A stretch of DNA of 64,000 nucleotides. Source: Octopus bimaculoides. Lineage: Eukaryota. The DNA lies in assembly GCF_001194135.2 (NCBI RefSeq), contig NC_068983.1:136769142-136833141 (forward strand). Direction: 5' to 3'. Both the position numbers and the translations under genes were made by a program. The notes under the pieces were generated by a model that did not search any database, was not told where the DNA came from, and was given only the letters and a program-made list of their open reading frames with translations. Positions 1 through 13,609 of this stretch are shown one piece after another; within the stretch, counting starts at the first letter, position 1; every line of letters begins with the position of its first letter.

Positions 1-1341
1 GTTAGGCCAGCAAACCTTGCAGTGTTTGTTCCTGCTCTTATGTTCTAAATCAACTCCCACAAGATCAGTTTTGCCTTTTGTCCTTCTGGGGTTGATAAAA
101 ATATAGTACCCATCAAGAATTAGGGTTAAATGTAATCATGTGTTGATCAGTGTCAATATACAGTGAGATAACATTGTATAATAGAACCCCAAATCCCACC
201 TAGTCGTCTTTTTTTTAAACTACAGGTGAAATGATACACCTGATGGAATACATTGCAATTACATCAGTATTATTTACCTGTAATATTGCTGCCAACAATG
301 CACACACGTCTTATCATTCACCCACTCATACAAACACAAAAGGAGACCTCATTAAAAGGTATAATACAAAAGTTCTTTGGAAAACCATTTTTGTCTTTTC
401 TTCTTTAACTTGGAACAAGCTACTTGAAACTAGAAAATTGCAGGAGCAAACTTGTTGAAAATTTCTAGAAATAATCAGTTTCAAAACCCATGGAATATAT
501 TACTTGAGAAAAGTATGTGTATCTACAATTCCCATTATTTCTTTTTCTACAAGCTAACAAGGCAGTACCTACATGACCACCACACCTGCTAAATAGAAAC
601 AGCAACTAAATTTCCTTCTTATCACACCTAACTATCTTAAATGAAAGCTCACATGAAATGATCCACTCATCTTTTTGAAAAATAGAAAGGTCCTAATAAA
701 AAACACAAAAATTTAACTGAAGAGCTAAGTGTTTGCTAACCTTTGTAAAATAACAATTTCTGGTTTAGGCACAAGGTCAGCAGTTTTGAGAGGAGGTGGT
801 TAGACAATTTCATTGATCCCAGTTCTTGACCTTCATTGACCTCAAAAACATTAAAGGTGAAGTTGACTGTGGCAAGATTTGAAATCAAAACATAAGTTGG
901 AACAGGCATTTTTCCCAACATCCTAACAATTGTTCCAGTTCACTACCTTAAACCTTTACAAAATAATGCAAGGGAAGAGAACTTTTGATTATTTTTTTTT
1001 GTTTTGTTTTTTGAGGGAGAGGGCCATCAGATATTCATTGGTCCCTCCATGGCTTTCTAGGCCACTGACCATGTACTAGTTGAATTACTCTTCTTTCTAA
1101 TTGACCCTACTTGTAAAAAAATTGTGAGCTACAGAAAACTAAGTGTTTTAATCATGTCAATGATGTAATTGAAACCATACTGGCACAACTACCAACTGGC
1201 AACCCAAGCATCCAGTGTGACTTTTGATAGATCATTTCAGGAGAGATTTTTCTGCATGTCATCTAATTTTTCTCATCTCTTTTTCTCATTTATCTCTATA
1301 TCTCTTTATCCATTTGTTTGTCTTTCTATATTTATTTTCAG

Positions 1342-1546
1342 CGTTTAGTCAGTATGAACATGCCACTTAACAGTGATGGAACAGTAATGTTTAATGCCAC
1401 CTTGTTTGCCTTGGTACGCACATCCCTCAAAATCAAAACTGAGGGAAACATAGACCAAGCAAATGAGGAACTTAGAGCTGTGATAAAGAAAATCTGGAAA
1501 CGAACCAGTCCAAAACTTCTGGACCAAGTTGTTCCCCCAGCCGGTA
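1342..1546 (+). CDS. Cav1: Cav1 alpha-1 exon, pre-IQ region ([27 protein letters not shown]...[10 protein letters not shown])
   Basis: Translation is nearly identical to the vertebrate Cav1.2/1.3 proximal C-terminus. Acceptor ttttcag ends at 1341; donor GTAAGT at 1547 (phase 1). Confidence 0.97.
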
Positions 1547-2113
1547 GTAAGTTTTCGTTTTCTAATAAGGCTAATGAGGATCACGTTTAGACAGCTGTGT
1601 AAAGCTACCATCAATGTTGGTTCTCTCACCTTTTTTCTCTATTTCTTACTCTCTCTCTATCTCTTTCTTTTTTTTTCTTCTACTCTCACCTCCTCTTTGT
1701 GCTTGTATTTGTATCAAACTTGCTGCTACTGCTATGGCAGCAGATAAACTTCCTTGCATGTTACTTCACGTCAGTCTTCCACCAGTCTCTTCTTCCTTCT
1801 TTCCTGAATCAGCATTATTTCCTATCCAAAACCTTTGTATTTATGTGTGCGTGTGTACATATGTATGTGTGTGTATATATATGTATGTGTGCATATGTAT
1901 CCAAATTACTATTGCTTCTGCTACCTTGACTCATTATTAGCTTTATCTAAAAGCAAAACAACTCCAACATATTAAATTGCATAATTGCTCTTTCTTACAT
2001 TTTCTATCAGAAAATGCTTCTGTCAGATAATACAAATTAATTAAATGATAGATGGGTGTGTAAAATATAGACAGGAGGATACAATAATAGATAAAATTTA
2101 AGAGGATATATAG

Positions 2114-2180
<67 letters not shown>

Positions 2181-2239
2181 CTACATCTCTATCTATCTAT
2201 ACACAGACATACATACATACCATAAAAGTGAGGAGGTAT

Positions 2240-2696
2240 GAGAGGTGAATATACATTTATTAAACTGCATGATATCCTTAGGATTACAGCTGTTTTACAA
2301 CTTCTTCATGTAGTATTAATTTCCATGTGGAAGAAATTATGCTACCATGTTTGCATTAATATGTATGGTCAGCATTATACAATACAATTGTATATTCACA
2401 AATCAATGCAAGTAAAAGGAAAATAGCTCATCAGATCACCAGAACATCATGGTTACATCAACACTTCAACTTTGGGTTGAAATGTTGGTGTAACCATGAT
2501 GTTCTGTGATCTGATGAGCCAGCTTTCTTTATTTGCATTGATCTGTGAGTATACAATTGTATAATGCTGAGCATACATATTAATGCAAACATATTAGCAT
2601 AATTTCTTCCACACGGAAATTAATACTACATGAAGAAGGTTGCAAAATGGCTGTAATGCTGAGGATGTCCCATGGTTAAATATATATTCACCTCTC
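2240..2696. repeat. About 457-bp foldback (palindromic MITE-like element)
   Basis: Arm 2240-2470 is the reverse complement of arm 2476-2696 (gagaggtgaatata...tatattcacctctc; gctcatcagatcac...gtgatctgatgagc); 5-nt loop. Confidence 0.9.
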
Positions 2697-3512
2697 TTAC
2701 TTTGTGATTTTTATGGTTTATATACTCCTCATAAAATAACTTCATCGATTGGATCTTCTGGATTTCAGTTGCTTGGACACTCTACATTAAACTGGTTGGT
2801 ATTGAATTACTTTGTGGACTGTTAGCCAAGTTTATAAGGGAAGAGTATAGCATAAAGGGAAAAGATAAGGTGATACTTTTATGTTAAATGAAAAACCTGT
2901 GATGCCAGGCACTATCAGAGATAACATAACATTTTAGCAAGACTCTTTGGGTTAAATTGGTTTCTGATAAGGTTGCATCCTCATGCATATTATATGATGC
3001 AGCATTTTTATTGGTAACTATTGGTAACAACAATTTATTTGCCTTATTTCAGCAAAACAAGGATCATCTTTTCAAAGATCTTTTGCTTTTGTTAAAAGAA
3101 GAAAGAGAAGTGCTTTAATAAATTAATCAAAACTTTGTTCAATAAAATTGTAATTTTAATATCTCTTAAGAAAACTATAGTATCCTTTTAGAAAATATGG
3201 AAAATTAGTCCAGCAAGTCTTCTTTCATATTTTAGGGGGAAAAACCTTAAGAACATACTTACCATTGTCTCAACCACTTTTACTGTATCATTTAGGATCA
3301 GTAGTTGTAAGATATGATACAAATTGCAATCTCTTGTGCATTGCTTGCCTATGTTTGCTTGTTTCTGCCTACTTTATTGGTACTTCTACAGTCACTGATC
3401 AAAGCAATTCTCTTCATGTATCTTTCTAATATACATCCATCCATACATACATACATACATATATATACTTGGTAATGGATGTGTGGCATTCAGTCAAATA
3501 ATAATATAAATA

Positions 3513-3548
<36 letters not shown>

Positions 3549-3558
3549 ATGCATATAT

Positions 3559-3765
3559 GGGTACAGGACATCACAAACAGTAAACAACATGAAATATGAA
3601 AACAAATGAGTTGAATGCGCAAACAAGAGAAACAAATGGAAAACAGGACAGGGTCGTTCTTTATGTTACTTGTCCTCTTTTCCATTTGTTTCTCTTGTTG
3701 TTTGCATATTCAGCTTATTTGTTTTCGTATTTCATGTTGCTTACTGTTTGTGATGTCCTGTACCC
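3559..3765. repeat. 207-bp foldback MITE-like element within TA/CA microsatellite
   Basis: gggtacaggacatcacaaacagtaa...ttactgtttgtgatgtcctgtaccc, arms about 95 bp. Confidence 0.9.
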
Positions 3766-3784
3766 ATACATTCATATATACATT

Positions 3785-3836
<52 letters not shown>

Positions 3837-6800
3837 TACATATACATACACACACACACACACACATATATATAAACTTAGCCTAAAAGTTGAAACCACA
3901 TTGCTTATTATTATTTCTGCGAAGCTATCATTGTGATCTATTTCCTAAATACATCCATGGAGGTACTCCAGCAATGTCACCATGGTTTAAACCAATTCAT
4001 GACCAGTGAAAAGAAAACTGTCATGCTCCCAAGATATTTTTAAGGACATTTGTTTAATAATATTATTCTGTACTGATCTTCCATTATTCTTATTATATTC
4101 AATGCCTTTCTTGACTTCCCAAGTATTAAGTGTGAATATCCTTACTATCTGTGTTTCTTGCCTAAAGGACATGATTCTCTATGAAAGCCTCCAACTTTGT
4201 CCACTTATTCTCTGACACTTCCTACTTTAAGTTCCTAAAAGGGTCAGTTACTCTTTCCAGCTAGCATCAAGATAAAAAAAAGAATGCTAATATGATGAGG
4301 TTGTGTCTTTGTTCTCTCTGTCTTAATATTTCAATGATGAATCTGCTATCAACATCAAAGTGATAAAAGTGATGAAAGACTAAAATCACCCATCCACTGG
4401 ATTTTAGTTCATATCTGCAAGGCACTAAACTAGACTTACTGTAGAGCATGCATTCTCTGCAATAAAATCACTGTCCTAAAATTTTAACTGATGTTTCTAA
4501 ATGTAATCTGAGTTATTATTTGAAATAACTGAACAGATGTAAGAAACAGGTACTGAATACTAATGAAGAATAGGAAAAATTTACTTCTATATTACATACT
4601 AATCTAATGTTTCAAGAAAATGTTCACTAAGATATTTGGTAAAAGCACCTATCTTAAGCTTATTAAATGGTATTTAGTTTATGCCTTAAAAAAGGAAGAA
4701 GTTCAATACAAGACAAACACAAAGACCAAAACTATTCATAATTATCCTTACATGTACATAATTAATGGATGTATACTTAAATAACCCTATACATCTACAA
4801 TAACTGAAGACACATGTACCAATTTACCAATACTCACACACAACACGTTGAGTAAGATTTGAAAAAAGAAATAAAAGTTGCACAATTATTTATCATATGG
4901 TAGTAAATACTATTTCCCTTGTCTTTTGTTCTATGTAAACCCTTTCTATATATTTGTTATTCCCTTTCATTATCCATAGACATCATTTCCTCTATCCCTC
5001 CCTCCCTCATGTTACTCCTATCAACCCCAGAGACCAACATACGTGATCAAGACATCTACCATTCACTTCTGTATAATATCCATTATTATTTGGTTCAAAA
5101 GTCAATGGTAGCTGTCCATTTAATAATAAAGAAGTGTGAAATGTGTAAACAATTATCAGATAAATTCACTTCCACTGTTGGAATGCCTCACTGACCAAAT
5201 GATAAAAATAGAAGTAATAATAATAATAAATAGTTATAATGGTTTCTTAGTCAATAATCAATATTGAAATTTACATAGTTTTTCATTTTCGTTTTCCTTC
5301 AAGAAAGACAACTTTTCTTTTCTTTCTTAGTTGTTCTAGAAGTTATGTCAAAACTAATGTGAAAGTTAATCACATTTTTGTGAAAAATTTCTAAAAAAAA
5401 AATAAATAAAATAAAACAATTCCAGAATTTTTTTTCTTCCCCTGATATTTCAATAAAATAAAATTGCTTTGAAAAGAAAATTATGCATGACATGTCTTGC
5501 TGACAGCTAAACCAAATAAATCTACAATTGCTTTGAGAATGTTCTTTACATACAGTTTTGAATGATAATGATAATTTTCATTGAACCAAATGTCTGCTTG
5601 GTCAAGCTGTATTCTTTCTCTCTTATTTTTCTCTCTACTTTGTTCTGTTACTCTGTTTCTATCATTATAGTATTCATAAGGCATTCCAACATAAATTCAA
5701 TTATTAAATTTTCATTTCAGTGTGAGAAATTTCTAATTGTTAATTTGTTTAACAAAGGACTTAGTATTCTTTCTTGATGTAATGGATTTAGTTTTAATCA
5801 TGATAATGAAGCAGTTAATTTAATAACTACTTCTACCTGAAAATATTCTTGCTAGTCCTGCAGAGAAAACTTTTGGCCAATTATATTGAATAATTAATGC
5901 AAAACATATTGGGCCATAGAGAGTGATGAGCTGCTGTTTATTTTAATACCTTGTTATATAAGTTATATTGTTAAATCCTCACATCATTTATGTATATAAA
6001 TATATATACATGTATACATATGTAAATATTCTTGTGTATTTACATGTAAGACCAAGGCTTTTACTTATAGAAAAAGTACTTTATGCTTCAAGAACTAGAG
6101 TATGCATATTGCTTGAGTACAGGTGGGTTTGGAGGTGAGAAAGAAATAGAATGTTCAGAGAGTTAGTAAACAAGTGATGGACATGCATGGGGAGAAAATT
6201 AGCTAGCGTGTGCAGTTCAGGTGGCAAAAGTTTCAGCCTTTGTACCAACTACATTGGAATGGCTGAAATTAGAAAGACAGTAGGAGTTGTTGACATTAAA
6301 ATCTCTGAGAAAGTAAAGAGAAGTTTAATGTCCTCCACATAACATTGGAAGTGATCAAACTACTGCTAAATATTTGCTTGAAGGCAGTAAATCATCTTGA
6401 ATTAGAAATCAAATCCTTTTGCCACTCTTTGCAATTGTACATGCAGGTGCATGAAACCTGTAAAGCAGGACATATAGCTTTATTTCTACACATGCATACT
6501 CCCTCTTTCTCTCACTCACATACACATTAACTGAGTCTTTGCACTTCTACCACAAGTGTGTTTCAACTATTCTTATGTTAGGAAACCTGTTAGCATACAC
6601 AAACATGCAATATATATAATCTTTATCTGTTGCTGCAACTTTCTCTATATCTCTCTCTCTTTCTCTTTGTTATTGCCATATCTATGTGTATTGCTGCTAT
6701 TGCTGCCACTATTGCTGCTACTACTGTAATTACCTCTATACTTGAATCTTGTTGGCTAATTGCTGAATCTATTGCTTTATTATTACTATTGTTATTGCTA

Positions 6801-7871
6801 TTAGTGTGATGTTGATAGTTTGATTTGTTTCAATTAAACTTAAGGTAATTTTGTTGGGTTTCTGTTTTTTTTTCTTGTAACAGATTTATAGCTGATTGAA
6901 TTAATGACAGTATATGAATAATACTTGTAATTAATTTTGTTAAGCCCAAAGAAATTACAGAGGAAATAGACTTTGGCATGATTTGAACTCAGACTAGTAA
7001 GATACCAGATGGCAAAATAGCAGTTTCTATTTCAACATTCTGCTATTTTGTTCATTTTGAAGTTGAAAAAATAATAACTTTGCAATTTTAAAACTGATTT
7101 CATACATTGATGCCAGGTTTCAAATTGATTAGAGAGATGGAAGGTTGTAACAACTCTTTTTTTTTCCAAGCATTTTCAAAAACAGTGAAGCAAAATGATT
7201 TTGTGATGAAGAATCTAAAGCTCAGACGGGTATCTTAACAGGAGCTTGTTACTTAAGGCTCTTGTTGCTGCCATGTTTAAAATTTACTATCTCCTTCAAA
7301 ACCCTCTTTATACTTTTCACACATTCTGACGAATTTACATTTATGTTGGCAATACAATATGTTATGATTATTGAATGAACAATATCCACTAAGTTTGATG
7401 AATATATTAATTATAGCAAGCATATATTCATCCCGACCTTACATTGATTTGTCCTGGATTTGGAGCAATATCAGTGATGAGAAAACTTAGTAATATAATT
7501 TTGCACCGCCACTATTCTGTAATCTTCCATCTTATTAAATACATTAAGCTAGAGTTATCTATGCTAAAGATGAAAAACATATACAAAAATAAATATCTTA
7601 ACAATTAATATTTAGCCTGATATAGTATGTTTTTGACAAATTTTCATTTGTGTAAATTCTAAATCCATATATCAAAAGGAAAATGAATGCTTCGAAATTG
7701 GACTTGTTTTTGATCTGGGACTTGTTAAATGACTAAGCATAGATTTGAATATATTATTAAATAAACAACTGTTACATCAGGTTATTTGATACTGTCCTAC
7801 TCTGTCTTGTATAGCCTTTAAATTAGTACACTTAATACTGAAGTTGGTCTTATTTCCTATGCCTTACACAG

Positions 7872-8002
7872 GGGATGATGAAGTTACAGTGGGGAAATTC
7901 TATGCAACCTTCCTAATCCAGGATTATTTCCGACGGTTCAAAAAGCGAAAAGAACAAATACAAAAGATTCAAAAAGGGCAGGAACACACAAATGCTTTAC
8001 AG
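7872..8002 (+). CDS. Cav1: Cav1 exon with IQ calmodulin-binding motif ((R)[28 protein letters not shown]...NALQ)
   Basis: Canonical L-type IQ sequence. Acceptor acacag ends at 7871; phase-1 entry matches the previous exon; donor GTATGA at 8003. Confidence 0.97.
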
Positions 8003-8633
8003 GTATGATGCAATTATCACTATCATTGTATATTTTTTTCTTCTGTGCATGTTGCCTCATTCTTTCTTGTCATTTTTCTTCATTCTTCTCTTTCTTATTT
8101 ATTCTTCTATGTCTTGGTTTGCATACCCAGTTATTGGATTGTTGTTTACTGAGGCACAGCCTTCAAGGGTTTAGTTGGTCACTAGTTTTTAAGAGGTGTA
8201 AATATAACCACAGACATATACACACAAATACACATCTTCTCGCTACCAAATTTCACTTACAAAGCATTAGTCAACCTGAAACTCATGAGAAGATATTTGC
8301 TACACAGTGGGACTGAACTTGAAATCAAGTGGTTTTGAAGTGAACTTAATCTCACAACCATGCCTGTGTGTGAGTGTGTGTGAATGTGAGCACATTTATT
8401 CTCATTTGGGGTTTCATTCTGTTGCTACTGCAACTTTCCCATTTCTGTTTTTTCCAGTGACATACATGTGCACACACAAACTCTCTTCTCCTTCTCACAG
8501 ACACCCACACACACACACACAGACGTACACACATAAATTTTATTTCTTATTGTGGAAACCATTTTTGTTTTGATAGCTTTGGCCTTTGTTTAAATTGTGG
8601 AATGACTTATATTTTTATGGAACTATTTTTCAG

Positions 8634-8744
8634 GCTGGATTACGTGCGGTGCATGATCTTGGTCCAGAAATTAGAAGAGCCATATCAGGAAACCTTGAAG
8701 AAGAAGACTTTCCTGAAAGAGATGTTGAAGAACCTATGCATAGG
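8634..8744 (+). CDS. Cav1: Cav1 exon with PCRD ([37 protein letters not shown])
   Basis: Matches Cav1.2 [21 protein letters not shown]. Acceptor tttttcag; donor GTATGT at 8745; phase 0/0, 111 nt. Confidence 0.96.
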
Positions 8745-9285
8745 GTATGTTGATTAGTTCTATTTTGAATAAGGATATTTATGGAAGCTTTCATTCAAAT
8801 CCTTACAACCCTCTTATTAGTTGTTGTTGTTGTTGTTGTTTGACTCCAAGTCATCTCTAACAGAACAGATTTAAAATATTCCAACTCTGACCATCCCAAG
8901 TTTTTAAGTATATCAAGAACCAAATGAAGTCTTTCTTTTTTAAGATAGCAGTAGGAGTAAGAGTTATAATATACAGGCTGCCTCTTCAGCTTTATGTTGC
9001 CAGCTCCACACAGCACCAGGACATGACTGATTTTCTAAATACTTCATGTAGTAATAATATCATCTATTCTCGCTTTCCAAAATGGACATATCAGCTTAGT
9101 TTAACTTTAGCAAATGTAAATTTGTATTTTGATTTGATGAGTACCATAGCATGTGCTCTGAATTTAGGTTTCAGATTGTAGCTTTATTTCATTTCACTTA
9201 CATTCCTAATCTTTGTGAGAAAAACATGAATATCACACAATCTACTTCTATTCTGTTACAGAGGAACTAAAACAGAATTATAAAA

Positions 9286-9327
<42 letters not shown>

Positions 9328-9955
9328 AATGGCTGAATCTTACATGTAGTTAGAAAGAAAGAATAAAAAGAAGGATACTGACTAACATCACCAATGAAGA
9401 TACGTGGTTTACAATATTTAAGATGTAAAGAAGGAAACAACAGATTTTTTTTATTATTTTGAACTGAATAATATAACAAATAAAGAATATATAGATGTAA
9501 GGAGAATATTTGCATATACAGCTACTCTAAATCAAGAACGAAGAATGAAATATTATAACCCACTCACACACACATATGGGACTAGGAAGTGAAGGCCAGT
9601 CTCAAGATGTTTATCCTCATAGTGGAGATGACAAAAGACCAAGATGATTGCTGTTTTAGTGTGCTCAATCATTATCATCATCATGGCAATAGTGAAGTCC
9701 TAAAAGCATTAAAACCTGAAAGGTTTATGTCTATACACTCACCAGGTCCTCACCAACTCCTCATCCGTTACTGTCAAACTTACCCTACCTCTCATCTTCC
9801 TGACACTCATCCCTCCATCACTTCTCTAACAATGACACTATTCAGTTAGTTGAAACTGCACATATTTCTTTCCTGTTCTGCCATTACCTCCTCCTTCCCA
9901 TGAAACCATTTCCTTTAACATCCATCCCTCATTCTTAATATCATCGTTATATATT

Positions 9956-11310
9956 ATTATCATCATCCTGCATGCATGCATGGGAAGACAGATGTTAAAT
10001 GATGTCAGGAGCCAGCCAAGTAGAAGACTACCCCAGGCTATTGTGCCTGTTTTAGCAGGGTTTTTTACAGCTGGATGCCCTTCCTAACACCAACCACTCC
10101 ACAGAGTAGACTCAGTGCTTATTACATAGCACCAACACAGCAAGGTCAGTTTTGGTATGATTTTTACAGCTGGATGCCCTTCCAAATGCCAACCACTTTA
10201 CAGTGTGAACTAGATGCTTTTTGCATGGCACCAGCACCGGCAGAAGGGGATCTTGTGTCAAACGAATAAAGGTTAGAGTGTGATAGAGAGACAGGGTGAC
10301 AGAAATAGGTGTCTTGCTATTAAGGAGGGGGCATTAGAGGAGGTGACCTTGTGTCAGATGAAAGACTAGAGTGTGACAGAAGAATAGAGAGGCAGAAACA
10401 AGTGTCTTGCTATAAAGGAGGTATATGGTTACGCTGCCTGAGAAAGAGAGGGAGAAGAAGACAGAGAAAGAGAGGTACAATAAAGAGGACAGAAACAGGT
10501 GTGCTGATATAAAGGAGATACTTGGTTACCTAGTTAGAGGGAAATGCAAGAGAAGGAGAGAGAGAGAGAGAGATCAAAAATGAGGGCAGAAACAGGTGTG
10601 CTGCTATAGAGGAGATACATGGCTATCCAGCCAGTGAGAAGAGCAAGGGAAAGAGAGAGAGTGTGTGACAAACAGTAAAAGTGCAAGAGAGGGCAAGAGA
10701 GAGGTGGTGGTTAAGTGCCAGGATATATTCATAAGTAACAAGGATCAAAGCACAGATGTGATGGTAGAGTAAGTTAGAGAGAGATAAATAGTGGCAATTG
10801 CCAGGGCATGCCCTCAAGGTATGGAGGTCATAATATACACAGCCAGGTATTGCCAAGAAGGTGCAAGTAGGGAGTGGGGATTGCAGTGACTGGCAAAAAC
10901 CTGGTATAAAGATGGGGTGCCCAGTGATCAGGGCAGTGAGGGCAGGGAAGAGGAGTGGGAAACAATTATAGTGTATGAAGAGGAAATGTGAGAAAGAGAA
11001 AGATGCAGTTTAGAAGAGGAGATGTAGTTCGGTTTCTTGGAGTAGGGTGTGTGAAAAGTTTATTGTTACATGTGGGTGGGACAATGCTTCTGGCACTCAG
11101 TTTTGCTAATGTGAGCAGATCTTTCCAAGAACCTTATATTGCCAAACATCTCAATCCATTGTCATTTCCTCTGTGAGCCCTAGCTTCCTGAGATCGGTCC
11201 TCACCACTTCATCCCGTGTGTTCCTGGGTTTCCCTCTTCCACAGGTACCATCCACTTTCAGTGACAGGCACTTCTGTATACAGCTATCTTTATTCATACA
11301 CATCACATGT
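9956..11310 (-). mobile_element. 5'-truncated RTE-clade LINE: RT C-terminus, long 3' UTR with internal repeats, (GAT)n tail
   Basis: Minus strand from 11310 reads HVMCMNKDSCIQKCLSLKVDGTCGRGKPRNTRDEVVRTDLRKLGL, the RTE GRGRPRKTW-type terminus. It ends in the window's commonest tail motif (cagctggatgcccttcctaa on +). Confidence 0.75.
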
Positions 11311-11455
11311 ATAAATATATAAAATATATAAAATATTCTTGTATAAATATATAAAATCTATTAGTTTAATCCTTTTCTCCAAAAACATTTACACTCTTTC
11401 TTCTCATTTGTTTAGCATAATGCATATTCAATGATATTTTTGTTTTATTTTGCAG

Positions 11456-11787
11456 AGAAATCATAGTTTGTTTGGTACAGTAGTATCAGCTCTAACTGGC
11501 CATAAACCAATACCCTTTAGTAATCGAACTCAATCCTTACATTTAAACCATACCCAACCTCACCCTAAAGTTTCCCCCACAAATTCCCTAAATGCCCCCC
11601 AGTCAAAGCTGTCTCCTCAGAACTCTATCAATGGTAAAGTATCACCTGCATTGTCTTGCAACCATATCAATATTGACTTGATAAACTCCATCAATCGATC
11701 AGCAACACCTCTTGGTCCTGTCAAAGTGGCACCTGCTAATGAAATAATGCCTTTACGCAAAGATAGCCACACAAGCAAACCAAGCAG
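11456..11787 (+). CDS. Cav1: Cav1 exon, Ser/Pro/Asn-rich linker (RNHSLFGTVVSAL...DSHTSKPS)
   Basis: RNHSLFG corresponds to vertebrate RAGGLFG. Acceptor ttttgcag; open frame of 110 codons plus 2 nt; donor GTAGGT at 11788 (phase 2). Confidence 0.9.
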
Positions 11788-11892
11788 GTAGGTGATGCCT
11801 TTATTTATTTTCTTTTGATTTCCATTTTATTTTTATGTATTTTTCATCTTCTTTTTCTTCTTCTTCTTCTTATAATATTCTGTTTATATCAG

Positions 11893-11950
11893 AGCCGGAT
11901 TGAAGAAAGAGAGGGGTCATTTAAAGCTAATTCCTACACCAGAGACCACT
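11893..11950 (+). CDS. Putative 58-nt alternative Cav1 microexon A ((R)AGLKKERGHLKLIPTPETT)
   Basis: Long pyrimidine tract then tatcag acceptor; 26/58 GC in very T-rich flanks; purine-rich GAAGAAAGAGA; donor GTATGA; open in phase-2 entry. No homology support. Confidence 0.4.
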
Positions 11951-12201
11951 GTATGATGTTCAGCAATACAAAAAAGAATGCTTTCTCTTTTTTAACTTTG
12001 AAATTCTGCAAACCTTTATCCTTGATCCGGCTCTGGTTCAAATCACTATACAGTCAATTTGACACATCATGAAATATTTGCAATGATTATATATTATGTA
12101 TTATTCTTTTCTCCACACACAACTCTCTTCTTTTCACAATAAAACTATCAATGAAAAATTCAAACATCTTTATTTATCAAACTAACAACTAATAAATAAT
12201 G

Positions 12202-12247
<46 letters not shown>

Positions 12248-13609
12248 GCAATATTTTTACTTGCAGCACAATTACATTGTCTCAGCCAAAGTCTTACCAA
12301 TTATCTTTGTTAATGAAAATGCATTATTAAATCAGTAAATTCTCCACCATTTTTCTGACTGAAGTAATAAAAATTAATGGCAGCAATATAGATACTTTCT
12401 AACAGGCATCTTGAAAATATACAATGTGAAGCATATATATCATATATGCTCCCCTTATAGGCAATTCCTACACTTTCTGATATATCAGTTATACATCATA
12501 TATGTTATGTATGTTATGTAATCAAAATGTTTACAATTGAATATTTAATATGCTCAATAGTTATATCTTTATTTTTTAATTGCGAAAAATTTTTTAATAT
12601 TTCCTTCATATAATTTAATGGTGACTTTTTATTTTAAAAGTTCATCATAACTAACTGATTTTGTGCTTTCTTTATTGCTGTTTTTCTTAAATGAATTAGT
12701 AACCAACCTAAACTGGTTACCAATAGTGCCAGACATCACCTCAAATGAAGGCATACTGCAGCAATGAATTTATTACAGATTATTTATGACAGTGATTACT
12801 TGTAAAAAGATATTACATTTCTAAACAAAATATGTTTAAACATATATAATATGAGTCTATATATATCTGTGTCTATATAGACTTGTGTGTGAATGTTTTT
12901 GATTCCTATGCTATACACACACACACATACATTTAGAGATACAAACAAGGGGAAAATGTACGTAGTACTTATAGTAGATATTTACTTGGAGTGACCATTT
13001 TACATTGTGTGATCCTTCTCAGGTGACAAGGAAATGAATGAAAACAACTCGGTGTAGGCTAATAGGAAACACTGGTTAGCCTAACTTCAATCAGTCAACA
13101 ATGGTCTAGTAGCTGGTGTAGCATGTCCTCATGAGAGTATTTGATACTGTGAGGTATCTATGGATATAGGTACAATCCATGTAGTAGGGTGGAAAGTTAC
13201 TTCTCTGGAGAATGAGGAATGAACTGCAATCAAATGATGTATGACAAAGGGGATTACTTTGTTTGGGTCTGGATGAATTGTAAATATGTATTATATTCTG
13301 AGGCACCAAAACAATAAATTTAAGATTTCTTATTCAATGATTCAAGCTGTTGTGTTAGAATATAGAAATTCTCAGATAATTACATCTAAGTGCCACTTGG
13401 CTGAATCCATAATACTCCAGATTATAGGACTGTTTGGGGTTTCACTATCCATTAACAACCAGACATATTGAGATAGAAGGATGTGATTCATTCTATCTTG
13501 GAACCTAAATGAATATATGTTGGTTGTATCTGATTATGAAGATATTTTCCCCATGTGTCCTGTATAACACCTTTCATTACCATCAGTAGCTGTTGTAAAT
13601 GGCTGTATA

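Noticed and set aside
7326-7432. CTGACGA core resembling the 58346 context, plus an 11-bp stem
   Set aside because: No GAAA/helix III/UH downstream. Other isolated CTGANGA hits (about 719, 16783, 35640, 52710, 63434) fail the same test.
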